Source: Ministeria vibrans ATCC 50519 (taxonomy: Eukaryota; Protista; Filasterea). Taken from it: DNA of 64,000 bases. The stretch spans positions 173,357-237,356 of the forward strand of contig CALSCP010001674.1 of NCBI GenBank assembly GCA_943704425.1, given 5' to 3'. Every line of letters begins with the position of its first letter. Position 1 is the first letter of the stretch. This document shows positions 1 through 18,100 of this stretch, piece by piece. Under the pieces are notes generated by a model. It was given only the letters and a program-made list of their open reading frames with translations, was not told the DNA's origin and ran no database searches. A program made the position numbers and the translations under genes.

Positions 1-612
1 CGCGAGGAGGAGATGTTGAGGTTGAAGGAGATCAGTGGCAAACAGCTGGAGACGTTTCAGGAGCAGCTGGACTCGGTCATTGGCGAAAAGGACGCGCGCA
101 TTGAAAAGATGCGCTCGCTCATCGAGCAACAGTCGTCGCTGTACGGCGAAACCATGACTGGCAAAGAGGCCGAAGTGTCGGCGACGCGTGATGCACTGGA
201 GATGTTTCAGAAACGCTGTGAAGACTCGGAAAAGCTTCTGGTGCTGCAGCAACAACACATTACAATGCGCGACTCGCAACTCGAGGAATGTCGCCAAGTC
301 ATTGAAAAGTGCCAAGAGACTCTGGGGAAACAGGCTGAGGCGCTCACGCTGGTCCGCGAACGCGCCAATCGCGACGCAGCCGCACGCGAAACAGCCGAAA
401 CACGTGCCACCATGATGAGCGCACAGCTCAAGGTGATGCAGCCCGAGCTGGAGCGCGCCTCGGGACTCTCGTCGCTCTGTAAGAAGCTTCAGGAGCAACT
501 TGTGGTGACACGACGTGAGCTCAAGGCTCTCAAAGAGGCAGGGGCCTCGGCGGAGCCACAGTCGCAAAGCGAAATAGACAACGAGGAGAGCACACAAACC
601 AAGACCGAGTGA
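1..612 (+). CDS. 3' end of a long coiled-coil protein (5' part outside window)
   Basis: Frame is open from the window edge to TGA at 610-612; E/K/Q/L-rich heptad-like sequence; no family motif recognised. Confidence 0.6.
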   Translation, partial: REEEMLRLKEISGKQLETFQEQLDSVIGEKDARIEKMRSLIEQQSSLYGETMTGKEAEVSATRDALEMFQKRCEDSEKLLVLQQQHITMRDSQLEECRQVIEKCQETLGKQAEALTLVRERANRDAAARETAETRATMMSAQLKVMQPELERASGLSSLCKKLQEQLVVTRRELKALKEAGASAEPQSQSEIDNEESTQTKTE

Positions 613-656
613 AACATTGCCTGTTGTAGTTTAATTTTTTATTTGTCTCACAGTTC

Positions 657-2422
657 TCAAGTGCACAACGAGAGACAAGCACCATCCATCTTGGTGGTGA
701 TGTGTGCCGAGTCCGCATCGACCACAAATTGCTGGTTGTCACCGCCATTGCACGCGTATGTCTCAACCGACGCGCCATTAGTTGTCACATGGGACCTTTG
801 TATGAGTGAGTGAGTGTGTGAGTGAGTGGGACATATGAGGGTGCGTGTGTTTGTGTGTCTTTGTGGTGTGTGTCAGTGACACTGCTTGTTGCTGTCCTTA
901 CGTGATGTCGAGGCAACGGCCGGTTGTGCCGAGGGTGAAGGCGAGCTTGGAGGCGTCATAGACAAAGTGCTGGTTATCATTGGAGGGATCGCACTTGGCG
1001 AGGGAGACGGCGGGAGAACCCGATTGGGGGTCCTTGGCCGGGCCCGACTGGAGACAGAGAGTAGGGTCGGTGGTGAGGGCAATGGCCGAGGGGTAGACTG
1101 TCCAGCGCTGGGTGCGGTTGAGGGCGGGCGAGCACGACCACATGGCCGCGAGGTTGGCGGGGGCCGGTGGGGCGGCGGTGGGCGAGCACGGCTGGCCGGT
1201 GTAGTAAAGGGGCCCGTCGCGGAAGGAGATCGAGTAGGACGATGTGTTAGCATGATCGAGCTCGAAGAGAAGAATCTCATTCGCGCCCGGGCGCAAGAGG
1301 GGCGCGGGGACGTAAAAGGCGTGCTGAGGGCCCTTGGACTCCCAGTAGCGGCCGAGCAGAGCGCCATTGACCCACATGTAGCCCTTGTTCCAGCCAGCGG
1401 GAACAAGATAGGTGTCTGCACGGGCGGCGTCAGTGGACAGCTCGAGGGTTGCCTGGTAGAAGGCAGGAACGGTCGAGGCGGTAGACGGACTCAGGGGCGC
1501 AAAGGGCAGCTGGCTGATCTGAGAGCGGTCGAGAGGGATGCGCAGGGCGGTCCAATCGCCAATCAGAGCTGTTCCGTTGGCCGTCACCGACTCGGTGATG
1601 CCCTTTGGATCAAACATTTGACGACCATAGTTGAGATGGCCCATTCCCTCCACCAGCAAATGTATCTGCAGCGTTGTGCCGCTCTGGGGCACACCAAAGG
1701 TCAGCGAATTACCAGTGGGGCGAAAGAGGGTGCCCTCAAGAACGCCGTTAATATAGACACGAGCGTAGTCGTGAAGCTCATTAAGCGCGAGCGTGAGGGT
1801 GCCGGCGGGGCAGTCTTCAAGCGTGTGCTTGTACAGCATGAGCCCGTGCGGCTGGTCAAACATCTCCATGGGCTGGGGGCTGGGCAGGCCGGTGATGGGC
1901 GGCGGAAAGGCAACGGGCAGGGCGTCGTCAAGGGTCACGTACGAGTGGAAGGTGACGGACGGATGTGCAACGGCAATGGGCGAAGGGTCTTCGGCGGGAA
2001 AGGCCGGCGATGGAAACCACTTTGCGAGGGTGTTGCGCACCGCCTCGTACTTGTCCTTGCCATCCGATCCATACCCGTGCGTGCCACCCTCGGCCAGCGG
2101 TGAATCGTAGTCGTAGCTGGTGATATCAGGCTGGAAGGAGGCCCCCCCGCCATTGGCACCCGCATAGAATTCAAAGTTGGTGCCGCCCAGTCCCATGTAC
2201 AGCGCAAAGGACCCGTTGTGCTGCAGAACCGAGTCAATGCCATTGGCCAGACCTCCCGAGCTTGTGTTGGCCATCTGCTCGCCCCAATGCGTAAGCCAGC
2301 CTGAGTAGAACTCGCTCACTTGGAAGAAGAAAAGAACCAAGACAACGGTTAGACGTATGCAAACATAATAACATAATAAAATAAAATTATAATAATAATT
2401 ATTATTATTATTATTAGTATTA

Positions 2423-2456
<34 letters not shown>

Positions 2457-2494
2457 TAATAATAATAATAATAATGATAATAATAATAATAATG

Positions 2495-2551
<57 letters not shown>

Positions 2552-3543
2552 TAATAAAATAATAATAATGATAAGAATGGTTATCGTTTTAAAAGGTCTA
2601 CCAAAATTAGGACTCTTTCCGGGAACATTGAACTGCTTTTGAGCATTAAAAGAGACCATAGGATCTGATCCAGGACCAAAATCACCAACAGTGTAGACGG
2701 CGTCGCCCTTGAGCGAGCCATGGAGCATGTAGTTAGCGTTGCCGCCGTCGGTTGTGTACAGGACGACGTTGGGGCCGAGATGTTTGCGGGCCACCGAGAC
2801 CAGATGCTCCATGTACTTCTTGTCGAGTGGGTTGCCGTCAACGTTGCCGTACGAGCCGAACTCGTTCTCAACCTGGACCATAGCAATGGGACCGCCATTC
2901 TCCACAAGAAGTGGTTTCAGCTTGGGCAGCAACACGGACCACCACTCGTCTACAAGCTCAATGTACGCCTCGTCGTAGGTGCGCAGTGTCACATTGTCCT
3001 TGATAAGAAACGCCGGAAAGCCTCCAAAGTCCCATTCGCCGCAGCCGTCTAAAGAAGGCAAACGTGAGTCAAGGGACAGCGCACAGCACAAGGCGCAGTG
3101 ATGATGGCGTACAAGGGCCCGCACGAACAAGCACAAGAAGGCCCTCCTCCTGCGCCGTCCTGACAAAGTTCACAAGGTCACGGCCTCCCTCAAAGTCGAC
3201 CTCGCCGCGCTGTTGGACGTGCCAGTTCCAAAATACGTACGTTTGAATGGTCTGCAGACACACACACACACACACACACAAACACACACGAAAGAGCACA
3301 TTAGAGACCACCAATGCGCGCCAATTCATCGCGCGTTACGTTGAGTCCCATGGCACGGAGTCTACGCAGCCGGTCGCGCCAGAGAGACGGGTGAATGCGT
3401 GCGTAGTGGACACAGCCGGCGCGGAGAGTGATTTCGGCACCGTTGAGCACAAACGCGTCATGGTCTAGCACAAATGAGGGCGACGACGCAGCGCACGTTG
3501 CAAAGAATGCAGCAAGAGCAATGATCGCCGTTGAACGATGCAT
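657..3543 (-). CDS. Secreted GH35 beta-galactosidase with C-terminal ricin-B (CBM13-like) domain; multi-exon
   Basis: Signal peptide MHRSTAIIALAAFFATCAAS; GH35 motifs HYARIHP..WRDRL, TYVFWNWH, VQVENEFGSY (acid/base), SEFYSGW (nucleophile) and TSYDYDSPL. A last exon missed by the ORF track (795-657) reads SHVTTNGASVETYACNGGDNQQFVVD...GACLSLCT*, which is ricin QxW-type. Confidence 0.93.
2423..2570. repeat. (TAA)n microsatellite in a GH35 intron
   Basis: Direct observation; it explains the spurious poly-Tyr ORF end. Confidence 0.95.
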
Positions 3544-3665
3544 TCTTTAAAACGTGTGTGTGAGTGTGTGTGTGTGTGCGAGTATAATTTTTAAGTTGGT
3601 CGTAAGTCGAAAAGTATTCAGTCGATGATCTTTAAACAACAATCACTTTCGTTTCATTCGTTAAG

Positions 3666-6702
<3,037 letters not shown>

Positions 6703-6762
6703 TGCAAAATTCGAGTTGGAAAGAGAGTGTGTGAGAGATCAATGAAAAGTCAAAATTAATTA

Positions 6763-6798
<36 letters not shown>

Positions 6799-6833
6799 TA
6801 TCAATCCTTTTATTCATAAAAAGTGCTATCGCA

Positions 6834-8058
6834 ATGCTTTTGATTGTGTTGCTTTCCGCGCTTGCTCTCCTGTCGGCCATTTATGTGACCTGTTCTCAAT
6901 TTCTCTGCCCTCACCCTTCCCTCAAGACGCTCCCTCCGCTCCGCCATGAATGCCCTCCTCCTCGCGTGTCCAAGCGAAGGGACGCCCGCCGGGTCGTTCT
7001 TGTGACCGGTGCCAATGGGTTCGTGGGGAGGCGCGTCGTTGCGCAGCTCAAGCGGCTCGACGCGGTCACAGTCATCGGCACTGACCTTGCTGGCGAGCAT
7101 CCCTGCGACATTCAAGACCACAGCCAAGTCGACGCTCTCTTTGAGCATCTTCGGCCCGACCTGGTCGTTCACGTTGCCGGCATTGTCAGGTACAGCGAAA
7201 GGCTACGCCTGCATCTCTCACGACTTGTCTCTACACACACACAACCACACACACACTCTCTCTAGACTCGACAATAACTACCCCCTCCTTCACAATGTGC
7301 ACCTTGTCGGCACACAAAACATCCTCAACGCCTCCATCACCTACGGTGTTGCCCACCTGGTCCACACAAGCAGCACGGTCACCATCTTTTCGTACCTGCG
7401 TCCCGAGCTCGACGTGACGGAAGACGCTCCACACGCCAGGCCCTATCCGCTCTACTATGCCGCAACCAAGGCACGCGCCGAAGTTCTAGTACAGACCGCG
7501 TCGAGTGCGTCTCTGCAAACGTGTGTGCTGCGTTTTCCAGGCATCTACGGCCTCGGTGACCGCCTCATGGTGGACATGCTGGCGCTTGCGCCTTCCTGCC
7601 AGGCTCCCGGCAAAGGTGCACTCATTGATTACGTCTACGTTGAGAACTGTGCCCATGCACACGTCTGCGCCGTTCGCAAGCTTCTCTTTGCCCCCGAGAC
7701 ACTCCCTTCGCCCTGCTCCGTCTTCCACATCAACAATGGCGACCACATTGAAAATCACACCTTATGGAACACCCTCCGTCGCAAATGCAATCCAAACGCA
7801 CGTCTACTGCAAAACATCCCGCACGCCGTCGCGTACGTCCTCGCACTCATCAGCGAATTTATTACTTTTCTCACCAACGGTTGCTTCACCAACACATCGC
7901 CCTTCTTCGGGCTCACACGCGCCACTCTCAACTCTGCAAGCGAATCCAACACTGTCGACATCACACGCGCGAACACCCTCCTTCAGTACACACCGCTCTT
8001 CAACACAGACCAGTCTCTGGACCACATTGCATCACAAATAAAAACCCAAAATCGATAG
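6834..8058 (+). CDS. 3-beta-hydroxysteroid dehydrogenase / NSDHL-like extended SDR; 2 exons
   Basis: N-terminal hydrophobic anchor; TGANGFVG Rossmann motif; HTSST; YAATK catalytic YxxxK; LRFPGIYG; DYVYVENCAHAH. Intron at about 7190-7265. Confidence 0.85.
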
Positions 8059-8144
8059 TAACAGTATTAATAATAAAACAAAGACACGATTGTAATGTGT
8101 ACGAAAAAGCAGACACGCAGTCACGCACACACACTCAGTCAATT

Positions 8145-8179
<35 letters not shown>

Positions 8180-8268
8180 GTCTCTCTCTGTCTCTCTCTG
8201 TCTCTCTCTACCACTTTGTTTCTTTCTCCCTCTCTCTCTCTCTCTTTCTGCATCGCCCCTCCTTTCGC

Positions 8269-11061
<2,793 letters not shown>

Positions 11062-11507
11062 AGAGGAGACGATAAATGGAAAGCGAGGGAGTGCGACAAA
11101 GTGGGAGCGCCGTAAGATGTTTTATTGCGGTTGCACGAAAATGGAAAATGCGCTCAAAAAAAAGGAAGAAGACATGGCGTTCACGAGGGCCGACACATGT
11201 CGAGGGAGCCTGGCGGCATGGCGAGGGCGACGGGCAGCGCATCGTTGGCAGCGAATGGGAGCGGCCACAGACAATAACAAAACGAAACACAACCACACCT
11301 GCATTCTTGTGTTCCTGGCTGCCTTCAAGGGAGGGGAGGGAGCGGGGGACGGCGCGTCTCAATTCACTCGTCAGCAGACCCAGCCCTCTATCTCAGCTCT
11401 CAAGGCCGCTCAAAATGTTGATGATTATGAGTTTGACTTAATATCTCACTCACGCCTTAATAAATATCAAAAGTCAAAAGTCAAAACAAAATCTCCCAAT
11501 TTTTTGT

Positions 11508-11970
11508 AGAATCGCAGAATGCACACCCAAACTTGAAACATTTCAGAATCGCAGAATGCAGTCAATGCACACCCAAAATCGCAGAATGCACGCCCATTTT
11601 TTTTAGAATCGCAGAATGCACACCCGAATAAGATTGTAAGTCAATAATCATTAGTCTAACGTTCAAAGTAGGATCACATACGTTTCACAGTTTTAAACTC
11701 CTAAAGCCATCAAGCATAACTCAAACGTGTTGTCTCTAAATTCTCTTGTGAAGGATATGTTCAGTAAGGATCGGTCCGCGAGCGTGGCGCACACCATATT
11801 AGACTCCTAGAGTGTGCATTCTGCCAGACTTAGGAAGAAATTGGAGGGCATTTTGCGATCGCAGAATGCACACCCAAGAACAGAATGCACAGTTTTAATG
11901 CAGTCAATGCTGTGAAGTGTGAAAATATGAATGCACACCTTGAAATTTCAGAATCGCAGAATGGGCACCT
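11508..11970. repeat. Cluster of about 9 degenerate copies of (A)ATCGCAGAATGCACACCC, one inverted
   Basis: Copies near 11511, 11547, 11578, 11607, 11858, 11881, 11929 and 11952; inverted copy near 11813. Confidence 0.8.
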
Positions 11971-12078
11971 TCTGGGGAATATCAAATATATTATCAATTT
12001 GTATTATGTCATTTGCAGAGTTACCTAAAAATTTATGATTGAATGAGTTAAAACTTAAAATCAAATAACAATTTTAAC

Positions 12079-12750
12079 ATGTTCTTACGCTCATCTGTCA
12101 AAACCGCATTGCGCGTCACGCGCATCACGATCCACGCACGGTACGACAATGTTACACAGATAAATAAATAATAGGAATAAATGAAGTCGAAAAGTTTTAA
12201 ATAAATAATAATTAAAAAAAAAAANNNNNNNNNNAAAAAAAAAAAACTAAAGCTCTTTTGTGATTTACAGAAAGCAAAGCTCACTGGTGGACAGCGTACT
12301 TGTTGCGAACCGAGGGGAAATTGCATGCCGGGTGATCCGGTCGGCCAAGCGCCTGGGCATCCGCACGGTGGCGGTGTACAGCGACGCAGACGCAAACGCA
12401 CTGCACGTTCGCCTTGCTGACGAGGCGTACAGCATTGGCCCGGCGCCGTCGCAGGACTCGTACCTTCGCATGGATCGCGTCATTGACGTTGCCAAGAAAG
12501 CAGGCGTCAAGGTCAGTCTGCTTGTGCTCTATTTCCACAAAAATACCACTGATGCAAAAAAAAAACGCGTTTTTTTTTTTCCTTTGTGTGTGTCTGGTAG
12601 GCCATCCACCCGGGCTACGGCTTTCTCTCGGAGAATGCTCTTTTTGCAGACGCTTGCGCGGCGGCAGGGATCAAGTTTATTGGACCTCCGGCATCGGCGA
12701 TTCGCTCCATGGGCAGCAAGAGCGCCAGGTAACGGAGACGGTGTGTGTGT

Positions 12751-12786
<36 letters not shown>

Positions 12787-14644
12787 ACAACCTCTCACTG
12801 ACTGCGTTATCTTTTCTGTCTTTCTTGTGTGCACAACCCCTCGCTGACTGCGTTGTCTTTTCTGTCTTTCTCTTCAGTAAAACGATTATGAGCGACGCAA
12901 ACGTACCCATCATTACGGGCTACCACGGTGAAGACCAGAGCACGGAGCGACTGCAGGATGAGGCGAAGAAGATTGGCTATCCGGTGCTGATCAAGGCGGT
13001 GCTGGGCGGAGGCGGCAAGGGCATGCGTGTGGTGGAGCGACCCGAGGATTTCACGACTATGCTTGCGGCGGCACGTCGCGAAGCTATGAAGTCGTTCAAC
13101 GACGACGTCGTGCTCGTCGAGAAGTTTGTGGTGGAGCCACGGCACGTTGAAGTGCAGGTGTTTGCCGATGGGCACGACAATGCCCTGTACTTTTACGAGC
13201 GAGACTGTTCGGTACAGCGTCGCCACCAGAAGGTCATTGAGGAGGCGCCTGCTCCGGGAATCAGCGAGGCGACGCGCCAGAGCATTGGCGAGGCGGCTGT
13301 TCGTGCGGCGCGTGCCGTGGGCTACGAGGGCGCGGGCACAGTAGAGTTTATTATGGACGCGCAGGAGAAGTTCTTCTTTATGGAGATGAACACGCGTCTG
13401 CAAGTGGAGCATCCCGTCACGGAAATGATCACGGGTCTTGACCTGGTGGAGCTGCAGTTGCGTGTGGCGAGTGGACAGGCACTGCCCATGACACAGGAGC
13501 AAGTGCCGCTCAAGGGTCATAGTTTCGAGGCACGTATCTACGCTGAGAACCCAGCGCGTGGTTTTTTGCCCGGCTCGGGCCCTCTGCTGCGCCTGCGTCC
13601 GCCCACCGAGGTTGATGGTGAGGTGCGCGTTGAGACTGGCGTGCGCGAGGGTGACGTCGTTTCCGTTCACTACGATCCTATGATTGCCAAGCTGGTGGTG
13701 TGGGCTGACACGCGTGAGGCTGCGCTGCGTCGTCTCGTGCGCTGTCTGCGCGAGTACCAGATTGCCGGCCTTGCTACCAACATCCCCTTTCTGACCGACA
13801 TTGCTACCCATCCGGCGTTTGAAGCGGGCCAGGTCAACACAGCCTTTATCGAGACACACCACGACGCCCTCTTTGCCGGCGAGGCCCAGACCAGCCAGGC
13901 TCTGTCGCTCCAGTCCGTGCCTTCGGCCCACCTTGCCCTCACCGCAGTCGCCCTGGTCCTGCGCGACCATGCCAACCTCAACACCCATACCAACAGCAAC
14001 AGTACTGGCACGGTGTGGTCCAAGGCGGCCGGTCTGCGTCTCAACCACACACACACTGTCACCGTCCCGTTCCTGCCAGTTGAAGAGAGCACCGACGAGA
14101 GCGGCAGCAGCGCCTCACCTTCTCCCGACGTCTTCCAAGTCGTCTCTTCCGGCGCCAGCCCCTCTTCCTTTGCCGTCTCCCGCTCCTCAGACGGCTCACA
14201 CGTCTCTGTTGCCAATGCGCGTCTCCTCAACGGCGGTGAGTCCATCGAGGCGCATGTGGATGGTGCCTTTATCAGCCTTGATCTCACTCAGAATGGCGGT
14301 CAGGTTACGACATACAACAAATCATTTGGACAGGTCAGAGAACAAAGAGAATGAGAGAGTTTGAGAGAGTTTGAGAGAGTTTGAGAGAGAGTTTGAGAGA
14401 GAGAGAAAGAAACAAAGTGATAGTGAGGGAGAAAGAAACAAAGTGATAGTGAGAGAGAAAGAAACAAAGTGATAGAGAGAAAGTGTGTGCGTGTGTGAAA
14501 AGTGTGTGAGGAAACGAGAAACTGAAATTGAGACGTTAGGGATCAGTCAAGTTTCCAACCCCCAAGTGGATGAAGGAGGCAGCAGGTGGTGGAGACGGAG
14601 ACTCAGTTACTGCGCCTATGACGGGAAAGATTATCAAAGTACGG

Positions 14645-14741
<97 letters not shown>

Positions 14742-15069
14742 AGAGAGAGAGAGAGAGACTGTGCATTGCGTGTGAAGAATGTGTGTTGATTGTGATTGTA
14801 GATCAATGCTGAAGCCGGTGCGGAAGTGAAGAAGGGAGAGCCGTTGGTTGTTATGGAAGCAATGAAAATGGAGGTAAGAAAGTCGCACATGTGTACACTC
14901 TAGAACTGACTCTCTGTCTCTCGACCTCGCTGTTCTTTCCTAGCATGTTCTGCGCGCTCCGTTTTCGGGACGAATCTCCAAGATTATGTACAAGGAGGGC
15001 GATCAGGTGAACGAAAGGACACTGTTGGTTGCATTTGAGTCGGACGAGGCGGAGGAAGACTCCAAATAA
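12079..15069 (+). CDS. MCCC1: 3-methylcrotonyl-CoA carboxylase alpha (biotin carboxylase + biotinyl domain), mitochondrial
   Basis: Presequence [17 protein letters not shown]; [13 protein letters not shown]; GGGGKGMR; [12 protein letters not shown]; [16 protein letters not shown]; [12 protein letters not shown]; biotinylation motif EAMKME; stop TAA 15067-15069. Confidence 0.9.
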
Positions 15070-15199
15070 ACTGAAACACGCACGACAGACACACGAATAA
15101 TTATTGTTAATATTCCTCGTTTTGATTTCAGTTTATTATTTTCATTTTCATTCTCTTTGTGTGTGTGTGTGTGTTGGTTTCGCTCTCTCTGCCCTTATT

Positions 15200-18100
15200 T
15201 TAACGAAGTACATCGACAATGCGACGGGCAATGTTGTGGACAAAGTCCATTGCAGCCATCGCATGGGCGCGCTTGAGGTCCCGCAGACGCGCCACAGCAT
15301 CCACAAGCGACGAGCGGGCACCGGCGCGCAGTCGCTCGCGCTCGTCGTGGCTCAGCGACCGCTGAAGAGGCGCAATACTACTGGTGCTATTGCTGATGCT
15401 GCTCGACGGATTCGCGCTGCTGGCAAGTTGAGGTTCGGCTGAGAGAAAGTATTCCAGATGGCGCCACAAAAGAAACAATGTGTTCTCAATGCAGACTGCA
15501 ACAAACCACAAAATATAAAAGTGAGCACACAAGTCGCACTGTTGCCTCTCTCTTCTATTGTGCAACGTACAGAGAATAGCAGACACATCTGCACGCACCC
15601 GCTCCACCTTGCGCTGCAGCTGCGCCACCGCCGCATCGAGCAGCTGTGACGGCGACCGCATGTCACTGTCCGTCTGTCCGTCTGCACCCACAATCTAAAG
15701 CACACACACACAAAAAAAAAAAGAAAAAAGAAAAAAAAAAGCACAAATACACACATTTAGATTCTATAGCTACGACATGGTGTAATCTCTCAATTGCTTA
15801 CCTCTCTGAGCTCCTCAATTGTGCAGTTGTCCACATGCGAAAGCTTATCCTGACTCTGTTCTCCGTTGCGCATGGCAAGTGTTAGCTCAACAACCAGATC
15901 ACGCAGGAACTGAGCTAGCGACGTGAGGCCCGGCGGAGGACCATGTACAATGCCCGTGTCCGAGTGGGCCACCTTGGCACTGCTGCTGCTGTTGCTTGCA
16001 GCTGCTCCCCCCGCATGTACCGAGTCACTGTCGAGCGTCGCAGAGAAAAGCACGCGCCATTGCAGAGGCGAGTCAAGCGAACTAACGTCGCGCGCGTCGC
16101 TAAGCACCAGTGTGCGCGCATACGCCACCAGGTTCGCACTGACGCGGCGCACGAGCGGACGCAACTCGAGAGCGAGCCGCGTTGGCAGGCGCGTCTTCCA
16201 ACGCGACGCATCGCAAAAGCGAGGAATCAGCAGCAGCATGCGCCGGCGCGTCCGCGTCTCTCCCGGCGCACGCCCACTCCCACTCGCTCCAACTCCACCC
16301 TCGCCACCAACAACCCCGTTGGATGCGTCCTTCTTCTTGTGGCCACTGCCTCGCATCGATGCAAGACGCAGAAGAAGTGCCGTGCACGCTTCAAGTTCTT
16401 CAAGGACGGACGCACTGAGCCATCGGTGAGAGTCGCTGAGAATGGACGAAACGAGATCGGCATGGGCGGCAACAAAGGCCGCGCCGACACGCGCCGCGTC
16501 AACGTGACGAGCGCCCAACGACGACAGCATGGTCGTGACAAGACGCAGGACAGGTGTCACAACGGCACGGTGGCGACCCGAAGGAGTCGGTGCAAACGAG
16601 GTCTCGTCACTGCCGAGCATTCCACCGCCAAGCAGAGCGCCACTGTGCTGCTGCCGCGCGTGCTGCGAGTCGGTCGCCAGCACTGCAGCTGCCGCAGCCA
16701 CCGCGGCCATCTCGTCTTCGTCAAAGACACTCTCCGTGTGGTCTGTCTCGGGCCGTGCGTCGAGGCACTGACTGTCGCTGAGTCGCTCGAAGAGACCCTC
16801 ACTCAGAAGTGCCCGAGCGCCATCCACCGACTGCGCAATGCGCATGAGCAGTGCCGTGCGCGATTCGTGCAGCCACAGCGACGCGAGCGATGCGTCCTCG
16901 CCCGTAGACACGGCTCGCAGCAGTGCCTCGTCGTCACGTCCACACTCGTCGACAAGCGACCGCAGATAACCACCGCTCGTGAGGAAGCGCAGCAGACGCA
17001 CACGTTCACCGCCACCCCCAGCCACCGTGTCCACGGTCGCAATCATCGTGTCGAGTGCAGCGAGCGCCGACAATCGCACATCGCCATGCTGTGCACAGGC
17101 GTCGCGTGCGACCACTTCCAGCAAACGATGGTCGCCCGTGAACTGCAGTAGCGCACCCACCGAGTTGCTATCCTTCCCACTGCTTGCAATGAGCCGGTGG
17201 GCATTCAGGAGCGCCGCATAAAGGTTTCCGCGCATCTCACGCGATGCATCGTCGCGCAGGAGCGCCCCAAAGATCGATGCCATGATCACCTCGAGACGGT
17301 TCTGCGACGGGATTGCGGCAGGACCACTCTCGGTAATGACACGGCGCGCGTGCACGAGCAGAGCCGACGGCAGCGTGGCACAGAGACGACGCGCAAAGGC
17401 CATGTCGGTGTGGAGTGAGGCGGCGCGCGGCAGAATTTCCGCTTCCAGGTCGGCGCCCATGGTAAAGCGCGCACTGGGAGGCAGATAGGGTGTGCAGACG
17501 AGCACAGTGACGAGCACACAGCGACGCCAGGCGTCGAGCAGCATAAGACGCGCTGCAAGGTCACGCTCCACACCGTTGCTCGCAACCGCCCACGTAAACA
17601 TGGCGCGTGTCTCGGCATCGCCAGCACCTACCGACTGCAGCATGGCGTGCAACTCGCGGATACCAAACACACGTGCACCCGTGCTCGGGTCACGCACAAG
17701 ACACTGGTTAAGCTGGTCGCTTGTCACCTGTACCGACAATTCTGGAATCGACCCCACAGCCTGTCCCGATCCCAACTCAATGCCATCCAAGAGCTCCAGC
17801 ATGAGCATGCGACGTTGTTCCATAAAGTGATGCTGATGCTGCTCTTGCATCATGTGGTTGTCGTAGTCGTCGTCAAGAAGCCCACCAGCGTCGTCGCCGG
17901 TGCCAGCTCCGCCTGCCATAACCGAGCCATCGTCATCGCCCGTCTCACGGTCGACGCCCCAGCCGTACATGAGACGCAACAGGCGACGGGTCCGCGTACA
18001 CGACACTTGTACTGTGTCGACGGTGGAGCGCAGTTCGAGTGAGACGTTGCGCAAGAGCCACGCTTGTCCCACCGCGGCAGCGGGTATGGGCGACAGCGAT

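Noticed and set aside
886-2103. 405-aa plus-strand ORF, and similar antisense ORFs over NUP205, MCCC1 and XRN2
   Set aside because: Antisense shadows of GC3-rich real genes; no motifs.
11508-11970. CRISPR-like array
   Set aside because: Eukaryotic context, irregular spacing, degenerate repeats and no cas genes.
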